Shown here piece by piece: positions 56,116 through 64,000 of a DNA stretch of 64,000 nt. The position numbers and the translations under genes were made by a program. Each line of letters begins with the position of its first letter. Within the stretch, counting starts at the first letter, position 1. The DNA is taken from contig CAVQXP010000002.1 in assembly GCA_963717935.1 (NCBI GenBank), forward strand, positions 192,001 through 256,000, given 5' to 3'. This DNA comes from Candidatus Eiseniibacteriota bacterium. GTDB taxonomy: Bacteria; Eisenbacteria; RBG-16-71-46. The notes beneath the pieces were generated by a model, which searched no databases, was not told where the DNA came from, and saw nothing but the letters and a program-made list of their open reading frames with translations.

Positions 56116-56988
56116 ATGAAGATCCTGATCGCTGACGCCTTCGACAAGGGCCTGCCCAAGCGCCTCGAGAAGTTCGGCGAGGTGTTCGACGACGCCGGAC
56201 GGGTCGCCGAAGCGGACGTGATCCTCGTCCGCTCCAAGACCAAGGCCGACCGCGCCTACATCGACCGGGCCACGAACGTGAAGCTCTTCATCCGCGGTGG
56301 CGTCGGCATGGACAACATCGACCAGCCCTACTGCAAGGAGAAGGGCATCCAGGCGATGAACACGCCCGCGGCCTCCTCGGTGGCGGTGGCCGAGCTGGCC
56401 ATGGCGCTGATGATCGCCATCCCGAGCCGCCTCATCGAGGGGCACAACGGCATCGTCGCCGGCAAGTTCCTCAAGAGCGAGCTCAAGCGCACGGAGCTCT
56501 ACCAGAAGACGCTCGGCCTGATCGGCGTCGGCCGCATCGGCACCGAGGTGGCGAAGCGCGCGCAGGCCTTCGGCATGAAGGTCGTGGCCTGCGACAAGGT
56601 CATCGACCGGCACCCGATCGCGGAGCTCAAGTCCCTCGACGCCGTGCTCGCCGAGTCCGACTACGTCTCGCTGCACACGCCGCTCACCGACGAGACGAAG
56701 GGCATGATCAACAAGCAGACGATCGCGAAGATGAAGAAGGGCGCGATCCTGATCAACACCGGCCGCGGCAAGTGCGTCGTCGAGGAGGACATCGTCGAGG
56801 CCCTGAAGTCGGGCCAGCTCGGTGGCTACGGCACGGACGTCTGGTACAAGGACGAGATCTACGGCAGCCCGATCGTGGGCGCCCCGAACACGGTGGTGAT
56901 GCCGCACCTCGGCGCCTCGAGCAAGGAGAACCTCCTGCGCATCGGCGACATCGTGGTGGACATCCTGGAGAAGTGGGCGAGCAAGTGA
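56116..56988 (+). CDS. serA: D-3-phosphoglycerate dehydrogenase (short form, no ACT domain)
   Basis: RGGVGMDNID, VAELA, GLIGVGRIG, SLHTPLT, INTGRG, PHLGAS; adjacent to serC. Confidence 0.85.
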   Translation: MKILIADAFDKGLPKRLEKFGEVFDDAGRVAEADVILVRSKTKADRAYIDRATNVKLFIRGGVGMDNIDQPYCKEKGIQAMNTPAASSVAVAELAMALMIAIPSRLIEGHNGIVAGKFLKSELKRTELYQKTLGLIGVGRIGTEVAKRAQAFGMKVVACDKVIDRHPIAELKSLDAVLAESDYVSLHTPLTDETKGMINKQTIAKMKKGAILINTGRGKCVVEEDIVEALKSGQLGGYGTDVWYKDEIYGSPIVGAPNTVVMPHLGASSKENLLRIGDIVVDILEKWASK

Positions 56989-56998
56989 GGAGAGGACG

Positions 56999-58087
56999 AT
57001 GACGAAGAGGATCTACAATTTCGCTGCCGGTCCCTGCACCCTGCCCCTCCCCGCACTGGAGAAGGCCGCCGCGGAGTTCGTCGAGTACGGTGGCTCCGGC
57101 ATGTCGCTCATCGAGATGAGCCATCGCGGCAAGCAGTACGACGCGGTGCACAACCAGGCGCTCGAGTCGCTGCGCGAGGTCTTCGGCGTGCCGCAGGACT
57201 TCGAGATCCTCTTCCTGCAGGGCGGCGCCACGCTGCAGTTCGGGATGGTGCCGATGAACCTGCGCGCCGAAGGCAGGACGTTCGAGTACGTCAACACCGG
57301 CGCCTGGGCCAAGAAGGCCATCTCGGACGCGAAGAAGGTCGGCCCGACGCGGGTGGTCTGGACCGACGAGGCGAACAAGTTCACGCGCATGCCGAAGGCG
57401 GCCGAGCTCAAGGCCGGCGCGGACGCCGCCTATCTGCACGTCACCAGCAACGAGACCATCGGCGGCATCGAGTTCAGCGAGTTCCCGGACAGCGGGAGCG
57501 TGCCGCTGGTCGCCGACATGAGCTCGGACATCCTGTCGCGGCCGGTCCCCTTCGCGCGCTTCGCCCTGATCTACGCCGGGGCGCAGAAGAACCTCGGGCC
57601 CGCGGGCAACACGATCGTCATCGTCCGCAAGGACGTGCTCGAGAAGTGCCGCGAGGACATGCCGGCCTACCTCGGCTACAAGAGCCACGTGCCCGACAAA
57701 TCGATGTACAACACGCCGGCCGTGTTCGCGATCTACATGATGAAGCTCAACCTGGACTGGGTGAAGTCCGTGGGCGGCCTGGCCGAGATGGACAAGCGCG
57801 CGGGCCAGCGCGCGGGCATCCTCTACACGGCCATCGACGGCTCCGGCGGCTGGTTCCGCTCCCCGGTGGACAAGGCATCCCGCTCGCGGATGAACGTCGT
57901 CTTCCGCCTGCCGACCGAGGAGCTCGAGGAGAAGTTCCTCGCCGAGGCGGGCAAGGCGGAGATGTCGGGCCTCAAGGGCCACCGCTCGGTCGGTGGCTGC
58001 CGCGCGTCGATGTACAACGCCATGCCGGTCGAGGGCGCCGAGCGCCTCGCCCAGTTCATGGCCGACTTCAAGAAGCGGAACGCGTAG
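56999..58087 (+). CDS. serC: Phosphoserine aminotransferase
   Basis: YNFAAGP, EMSHR, LQGGA, NETIGG, DMSS, YAGAQKNLGPAG, GHRSVGGCRAS. Confidence 0.96.
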   Translation: MTKRIYNFAAGPCTLPLPALEKAAAEFVEYGGSGMSLIEMSHRGKQYDAVHNQALESLREVFGVPQDFEILFLQGGATLQFGMVPMNLRAEGRTFEYVNTGAWAKKAISDAKKVGPTRVVWTDEANKFTRMPKAAELKAGADAAYLHVTSNETIGGIEFSEFPDSGSVPLVADMSSDILSRPVPFARFALIYAGAQKNLGPAGNTIVIVRKDVLEKCREDMPAYLGYKSHVPDKSMYNTPAVFAIYMMKLNLDWVKSVGGLAEMDKRAGQRAGILYTAIDGSGGWFRSPVDKASRSRMNVVFRLPTEELEEKFLAEAGKAEMSGLKGHRSVGGCRASMYNAMPVEGAERLAQFMADFKKRNA

Positions 58088-58268
58088 CGAACGGGAAGGA
58101 ACGGTGCCGTGACCGGCGCAAGGACCCCGTCCCGCGGTACCGGGGCGGGGTCCGATGCTTGGGCCCGGCATCGCGGTGAGCACCGCGCCCCGGTCGTGGA
58201 GCGTGCAGGAACGGCTTCGGCCTGCCGATAACCAGGGGCACAGATCCCTCAGGGAGGAGATCCTCACC

Positions 58269-59453
58269 ATGGGCGGAGCCGAAGCAGCTTCGACGCCCGG
58301 TAGCGACTTCGCGCCGGCTGAACGGTGCGACCCGGACACGGTCTGGCAGCAGCGCCAGGCCTTCGTCGCCAATCCACTCGCGCTGGCCATGCTCGATTCC
58401 ATGCTCGGGCCGGCCGTCGTCCTCAACGCCCGTCGTCAGATCGTCGTCGCAAACCGGCAGTTCCTCGACGTGATCGGAGCGGGCGACGTGGGCGCTGTCC
58501 TGGCGCAGCGTCCGGGTGAGGTGCTGGGCTGCGTCCACGCGGCCGAGCGGCCGGGTGGCTGCGGCACGAGCGAGCACTGCGCCACGTGCGGCGTGGTCGG
58601 TGCCGTTCTTTCCGCCTGGAAGACGCACGCCGAGGCCACGGCCGAATGCCGGGTCCGCACCCACGCCAGTGCCGGCGGGGGCGCGCTCGATTTCCGCGCC
58701 AGGGCGTCCTTCCTCTCGGTGGACGGTGCGGACTTCGTGGTCCTCGCCCTGCAGGACATCAGCTCCGAGAAGCGCCGCCACGTCCTGGAGCGGGTCTTCT
58801 TCCACGACGTGCTCAACGTCTGCGGTGGGGTGCACGGCCTCGCGGAACTGCTGCTGACGGATGGGCTCGACGCGGAGATGGAGCAGAGGTTCAAGCATGA
58901 CGTCTACCGGCTGTCGAGCGCCGTGATCGACGAGATCACGGGGCACCGGCAGATGCTGGCCGCCGAGCGGGGCGAATTGAACGTGGACCTCGACGATGTG
59001 TCGATCCGGGACGTCCTCGACGAGGTCATCGCGATCTACCGGCACCACCACGTGGCCGAGGGGCGCGGGCTGGAGTGCGGCTCGTGCGATCCGCTGCGGC
59101 TGCGCACCGACGCGACGCTCCTGCGCCGCGTGCTCGGAAACCTGGTCAAGAATGCCCTGGAGGCCACCCCGCCGGGCGGGACCGTGCTCGTCTCGGCCAC
59201 CGGGGAACCGGAGAGGGTCCGCATCTCCGTGCAGAATCCCGGCGTCATGCCGGAGCGCACCCGGCTGCAGATGTTCCAGCGCTCCTTCAGCACCAAGGGC
59301 GGTGAGGGACGCGGCATCGGCACGTACAGCGTCAAGCTGTTCGGCGAGCGCTACCTCGGAGGCCGCGTGGCCTTCACGAGCGACGGGGACGCCGGCACCT
59401 GCTTCACCATCACCCTGCCGCTCGCCGGTCCACCACAGGTCCTGGCCGCCTGA
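58269..59453 (+). CDS. Cytoplasmic sensor histidine kinase with a Cys-rich PAS-like input domain
   Basis: RPGEVLGC..GGCGTSEHCATC; H-box FFHDVLN, N-box NLVKNALEA, FSTKG, GIGTY. Confidence 0.88.
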   Translation: MGGAEAASTPGSDFAPAERCDPDTVWQQRQAFVANPLALAMLDSMLGPAVVLNARRQIVVANRQFLDVIGAGDVGAVLAQRPGEVLGCVHAAERPGGCGTSEHCATCGVVGAVLSAWKTHAEATAECRVRTHASAGGGALDFRARASFLSVDGADFVVLALQDISSEKRRHVLERVFFHDVLNVCGGVHGLAELLLTDGLDAEMEQRFKHDVYRLSSAVIDEITGHRQMLAAERGELNVDLDDVSIRDVLDEVIAIYRHHHVAEGRGLECGSCDPLRLRTDATLLRRVLGNLVKNALEATPPGGTVLVSATGEPERVRISVQNPGVMPERTRLQMFQRSFSTKGGEGRGIGTYSVKLFGERYLGGRVAFTSDGDAGTCFTITLPLAGPPQVLAA

Positions 59454-59509
59454 GCGCGCCGCACCACGCGTGAGGGGTGGTTGTCACGCCCCGGTCTTCG
59501 CGTCGCGGG

Positions 59510-60262
59510 TCAGTGTCCCACGCTACGGCCGGTCAGGACCATCCGGGCGGTGCCGAACAGCAACCGGAAGTCCAGGGCCAGCGAGCGCTCGCGGAGGTAG
59601 CGCCGGTCGAGCGCGAGCGTCTCCTCGAAGGTGAGGTCGTCCCGTCCGACCAGCTTGGCGAGCGAGGTGATGCCGGGCCGCACGCTGAGGATCTCCGCCG
59701 CCGCGTCCCCGTAGTAGGGCAGCAGCTCGGGGATCTCCGGCCGCGGGCCCACCAGGCTCATGTCGCCGAGCACCACGTTGATCAGGTTGGGCAGCTCGTC
59801 CAGGCTCGTGCGCCGCACGAACCGCCCGACCCGGGTGACGCGCGGGTCCTGGTCCGGGTGGAAGCGCAGCTCCTGGATCTCCGTCTGCGAGTACGAGTAG
59901 TCGTAGAGCTCCGGGAAGCGTGCGCGGGCGTCCACGTACATGCCGCGGAACTTCCAGAAGGTGAACCGCCGGCCGCCGCGGCCGACCCGGGGCTGGCGGA
60001 ACAGGGCGGGCCCCGGCGAGTCGAGCCGGACCGCCAGGGCGAGCAGGGCGAGCAGCGGACTGATGAGGACCAGCCCGAGCGCCGCCAGCACGCGATCGCT
60101 CACGGCCTTCACGAGCTCGCCGAGCGGCGTGTAGCGGCCCACGGTCGCGCGTCCGGGCGCCAGCGCCGGCGCCCGCGGAAGCGGGGCGACGTCCACGCCC
60201 GCGACGCGGCCGAGGGCGTCCTCGGCCACGGCCTCGCACGCGCCGGCCCGGTCCGGACTCAT
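59510..60262 (-). CDS. Bacterial sugar transferase (undecaprenyl-phosphate phosphoglycosyl transferase)
   Basis: [51 protein letters not shown]. Confidence 0.92.
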   Translation of the reverse strand: MSPDRAGACEAVAEDALGRVAGVDVAPLPRAPALAPGRATVGRYTPLGELVKAVSDRVLAALGLVLISPLLALLALAVRLDSPGPALFRQPRVGRGGRRFTFWKFRGMYVDARARFPELYDYSYSQTEIQELRFHPDQDPRVTRVGRFVRRTSLDELPNLINVVLGDMSLVGPRPEIPELLPYYGDAAAEILSVRPGITSLAKLVGRDDLTFEETLALDRRYLRERSLALDFRLLFGTARMVLTGRSVGH

Positions 60263-61512
60263 GCGGCCTCGCGCAGCTCCTCGGCTGCCTCCCAGGTGAC
60301 CGCGTGCACGGCCGGGCGGACGTAGTGGCGCGCCACCTTGGTGACCGCGGCGATCACGTCCCGCGCGTCGTCCTCGCTCATCGCCGCCGAGAGCGGGAGC
60401 GAGAGCGTGGCGTCGCCGATGCGCTCGGCCTGGGGGTGGTCGCCGCGCCGGGTGCCGTAGGTGTCGCGGTAGTGCTGATGCAGGTGCACGGGCACGAAGT
60501 GGATGCCGCTGCCGATGTTCTCGGCGGACAGGGCGCTCATGAAGCGGCCCCGGTCGCACTCGAGGTTCGGCAGGTCGAGCTCGAGCGTGTAGAGATGCCG
60601 GGCGTGGCGGCTGCCCAGGGTCTCCAGCCGGGGACGGACCCGCACCCCGGGGACCTCGGCGAAGGCCTGGTCGTAGATCGCCCAGAGCCGCTCCCGGGCC
60701 GCCAGCGAGTGTTCGAGCCGCGCGAGCTGGTGCAGCCCGAGGGAGGCCTGCATGTCGGTCATGTTGTACTTGTAGCCGGGCTCGAGCGCCTGGTAGGGCA
60801 TGAACCCGCCCGGGGAATAGCGTTTCCACGCGTCCTTGTCGAGACCGTGGAGCCGGAGCGCGCGCAGCCGCTCGATGACGGTCGCGTCATCGGTGGTGAG
60901 CATCCCGCCCTCGCCGGTGGTGAGGTTCTTCGTGGCGTAGAAGCTGAAGGCCGTGAAACGGCTGATCGAGCCGACCTTGCTGCCGCGGTACCAGGTCTCC
61001 GCCGCGTGCGCGGCGTCCTCGATCACGGTCAGCCCGTGGCGCGCGGCGAGGGCGCCGAGCGCGTCCATCTCGCAGGGCCAGCCCGCCATGTGCACCGGCA
61101 TCAGGGCCCGGGTGCGGCGCGTGACCGCTCGTTCGACCAGGTCCGGAGCGAGGTTCTGGGTGTCGGGGTCGACGTCCACGAAGACCGGGATCGCGCCCAC
61201 GTGGGTGATGACGTTCGCCGTGGCGACGAACGTCAGCGGGGTCGTGATCACCTCGTCGCCGGGGCCGATGCCGGCCGCGAGCAGGGCGAGGTGCAGGGCC
61301 GCCGTGGCCGAGTTCACCGACACCGCGTAGTCCGCGTCCACGTAGCGCGCGAAGGCCTCCTCGAAACGCAGGCACTTGGGGCCGAACCCGATCCAGCCCG
61401 AGCGCAGCGTGTCCACCATCTCGGCGATCTCTTCCTCGCCGATCAATGGCCGGCCGAAGACGAGGTAGTCCGGGCGGACCGGCTGGCCTCCTTCACAGGC
61501 GAGACTTGACAT
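60259..61512 (-). CDS. DegT/DnrJ/EryC1/StrS family sugar aminotransferase
   Basis: NSATAALHL, GPGDEVI, TFVAT, IEDAAHA, FSFYATKNLTTGEGG, GYKYNM. Confidence 0.94.
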   Translation of the reverse strand: MSSLACEGGQPVRPDYLVFGRPLIGEEEIAEMVDTLRSGWIGFGPKCLRFEEAFARYVDADYAVSVNSATAALHLALLAAGIGPGDEVITTPLTFVATANVITHVGAIPVFVDVDPDTQNLAPDLVERAVTRRTRALMPVHMAGWPCEMDALGALAARHGLTVIEDAAHAAETWYRGSKVGSISRFTAFSFYATKNLTTGEGGMLTTDDATVIERLRALRLHGLDKDAWKRYSPGGFMPYQALEPGYKYNMTDMQASLGLHQLARLEHSLAARERLWAIYDQAFAEVPGVRVRPRLETLGSRHARHLYTLELDLPNLECDRGRFMSALSAENIGSGIHFVPVHLHQHYRDTYGTRRGDHPQAERIGDATLSLPLSAAMSEDDARDVIAAVTKVARHYVRPAVHAVTWEAAEELREAA

Positions 61513-62144
61513 GACGACCTCCTTCCTTCGACGGACGGATCCTGGTTCCCGGCGCTCCGCTGCTGCGCGCGTCGACGCGAGCGGGGTCGGGCCGCCCCCG
61601 CGACTCCGGGAGCCGAATCACGAGCCGCAATCCAGGCCGCATCGCGGCAGGTATGCGGGCTGGCTGGACGTTCCGCTGTATCCCCGATGACTCGATCATT
61701 CCGTGCTTCATTCCTGGGGGTGAAGGTGGACGCTGGGGAGATGTCGAATCTTCGGACGGGCGGGCTGATCCGGTGTCCACCGGTGGGTCGGTGCTCAACC
61801 GTTCATTCGGCCCGGATGCGGGCAAACCGCATAAGTAGGCTTACGGGTTCTCGAAGGTGGCTGGCCGAACTTCAGGAGGCTCGACCGGGTGACACGGTCG
61901 AGCACGGTTGCCGCGTCCCATGAGGCACCGCGGACGAAATCGGTCGTGGGGCGGTGACTCCAGATGGCCGGACGGACCGAAGGGACAGCGCGGGTCACAC
62001 ACGGATGCTGCTCGAGCGCCGGGTGGCCGAGGTCGCTTGTGCGGTGGTCGAGCTCGCTCGCGAGGTGTGCGAATGATTTGCCTTGCGGCTGTCGGGGATG
62101 GTCGCATACGTTACAAAGGGCGATTTGCAGGACGGAGGCACTCC

Positions 62145-62831
62145 ATGGTCGCACCCGAGCCAGGCTCCGCATCGACGCGGATTCTCGTGGCCGCACAGAT
62201 CCAGATCTACTCCGAAGCGATCGAGCGGATTCTCACGTCAGTCCCGGGTTTCGAGTTCGTCGGGTCGCTTGCCACGGACGCCGAGATTCTCGACGCGGTT
62301 CAGCGTATGGCGCCGCGCGTCCTGATCCTGGATCTCACTGCGCACCTGATTCCCCGGTTGGAGATCGCCGCAACGGTGTCGAAGACCCAGTGCGGGGTGA
62401 GCGTGGTCGGCCTGCTTCCGGTGCTCCGCGCACGTCACGTGGAGTTGTTCCGGCGCAGCGGCATCTCGGGGCTCGTGGACAGGAACGCCACCACAAGCGA
62501 ATTCGTACACGCCATCGTGGAGGTGGCTGCGGGGCGCTGCTATCTGAGCCGTGGCTATGCGGGGCCCCTGCGTGCCCTGTACGCCGGCCGGGGGCCAGAA
62601 GCCATCGCGAACACGTGCGAGAGCCTGAGCGTGCGCGAGGAAGAAGTGTTGCGCCTCGTCATCCGGGGGTTTACGAGCCGCCAGATGGGGGATCGTCTCT
62701 TCATCAGCCCGCGTACCGTCGAGAATCACCTGGCCGAGCTCTATCGCAAGCTGAACCTGCACGACAGTCTTCAACTGTCGTGTGAGGCCTACCAGGATGA
62801 AGAGGCTGAGCTGCCGTTCGGCGAAGAGTAG
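62145..62831 (+). CDS. NarL/LuxR-type regulator with a degenerate receiver domain
   Basis: GGAGG RBS; C-terminal LSVREEEVLRL..GFTSRQMGDRLFISPRTVENH HTH. Confidence 0.85.
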   Translation: MVAPEPGSASTRILVAAQIQIYSEAIERILTSVPGFEFVGSLATDAEILDAVQRMAPRVLILDLTAHLIPRLEIAATVSKTQCGVSVVGLLPVLRARHVELFRRSGISGLVDRNATTSEFVHAIVEVAAGRCYLSRGYAGPLRALYAGRGPEAIANTCESLSVREEEVLRLVIRGFTSRQMGDRLFISPRTVENHLAELYRKLNLHDSLQLSCEAYQDEEAELPFGEE

Positions 62832-63273
62832 CCCCGGCGCCGGCGTTGGAAGGGACCACGGACAGGCACGAGGCGGCCAGGATGATCTCAGAGGTTGAAG
62901 AGGGGTCGCCCTGCCCGGGATGCCGGGGCCGAGAGCACAACATCGTTCTGCTGCGGGTCGGCGCGGTGACGTGGTCGTGCCCGGCCCGCCATCGGGCGGC
63001 ACGAGCGCCCGACTTCTAGGAGTCGCCGGTCGCCCGGCCGGCCCTGCCGAACTGCCTCCGGCGCCGAAGCGCCCTGCCGGAACCTGGCGCTCCGCCGGTA
63101 CCTAGCGCCCCCGCCGGGAAAACCCGTAGGCCTACTCATCAAGCCGGCCACCTCCCGGCCGATAGAACCACTGGGCGACCGCTGCTTGGTGGACCTGCCG
63201 GTCGAACCGGACCCTCAACGTCTCCGCCTCCACCTCCACGTCGTCCACCGTACCCTCTGGGTGGATCAAAGCC

Positions 63274-64000
63274 ATGGGCAGCCTGTCGAAGACGGAACAG
63301 AGGCGGCGCCGGCTGTGGGCGCTCGCCGCCACACTGCTGGTCGGCCTGGTGGCCGAGGTGGCGATCATCGGTTCCTTCGGGACCGAGCAGACCGCGTTCG
63401 TGTTCCTTCCGCACGCGACCTACGGGGCCATCCTGGCCGGTCTCATGGCGCTGATTCTCCTCTTCGTGTTCTACGCCTCCCAGAGCCTGCGCGCGCTCGC
63501 GGCTGAGGAAAGTGAGAGCCAGCGCCTGGCGATGCGCGAAGCGGTGATCCACGAGAGACTGACCGGGGTCTCCGACCTGCTCGACACGATGGGCATGCTC
63601 GCGCAGAAGCCGGACCTCCATAGCGCGCTCAGTCTGGCCGTGAATCGAGCGCTTCCCTGTTTCGAGGCGGACTACTCGTCGGTCCTGCTGTTCATCCCGG
63701 GCACCGGGCAGCTCGAGACCCTCGTCTCGGTGGGGAGCGAGTCCGGGTCCCGGACCGCCCAGCTGCCCCGACCCGGTGAGGGGATGGTCGGGAGCGTGCA
63801 CGCCACCGGCGAGGCTCTGACCGCGAACACGCCACAGGCCTGTGCCTGCCTTGCCGACGAGCTGGGGCTGGAGTCGCCTCCGTGCTCTGCTCTGTGTGTG
63901 CCGCTCAGCTTCGACGGAGCCCGCCTCGGCGTGTTCTGCGTCGCCCGCATGACGCTCGACGAGCCCTTCACGCCCATGCACGCTCACGCGCTCGAGGTGC
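63274..64000 (+). CDS. Membrane-anchored GAF-domain signalling protein, 3'-truncated by the window edge
   Basis: Open frame from ATG 63274 with two TM helices, then GAF signatures PGEGMVGSVHATGEAL and SALCVPL...LGVFCV; not in the ORF track because it has no stop in the window. Confidence 0.75.
   Translation, partial: MGSLSKTEQRRRRLWALAATLLVGLVAEVAIIGSFGTEQTAFVFLPHATYGAILAGLMALILLFVFYASQSLRALAAEESESQRLAMREAVIHERLTGVSDLLDTMGMLAQKPDLHSALSLAVNRALPCFEADYSSVLLFIPGTGQLETLVSVGSESGSRTAQLPRPGEGMVGSVHATGEALTANTPQACACLADELGLESPPCSALCVPLSFDGARLGVFCVARMTLDEPFTPMHAHALEV

Noticed and set aside
61815..61850. GGCAAACC suggesting a c-di-GMP-I riboswitch
   Set aside because: Only a simple ATGCGG-GCAAA-CCGCAT hairpin; the second stem and conserved downstream motif are absent

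Overview
High-GC bacterial chromosome segment. The protein families (FlgD-Ig/PNPF C-terminal proteins, a TWGxIKxLYR tail) suggest an uncultured Gram-negative lineage such as Eisenbacteria, Krumholzibacteriota or Latescibacterota; this placement is inference. Most of the window is housekeeping: pdp, a PBP1A gene and tyrS (both with apparent consensus frameshifts), a complete rrn operon (16S-tRNA-Ile-tRNA-Ala-23S-5S), sppA, an EF-G paralogue, yebC-ruvCAB-queA, cydAB, mtgA, apgM, tRNA-Leu-tig-clpP-clpX-lon, purA and serA-serC. Two regions stand out. (1) A complete IS110-family element (42575-44024, minus strand) is inserted exactly at the lon stop codon. Its long non-coding left end contains a readable bridge-RNA-like structure: a donor-binding loop whose guides match the element's own end junction (ACGGTAT-CT-TGTAT), and a target-binding loop whose right guide (CACTGAG) matches the insertion site. 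The predicted target looks like 'TGA stop + GCCCG'. (2) A ~10 kb cluster (46005-55865) encodes five secreted modular proteins built from cohesin-like, dockerin-like and FlgD-Ig or TWG-tail modules. It includes a ~1 kb near-identical, G-ending-codon-skewed shared cassette and flanking repeats, suggesting an undescribed, recombination-diversified extracellular scaffold system. Smaller oddities include a serA deletion relic, a ClpP with Asn at the catalytic Asp position, a 3x132-bp intragenic repeat, a GT2 plus beta-barrel pair, and a pseudo-receiver LuxR flanked by a shared 19-bp motif.
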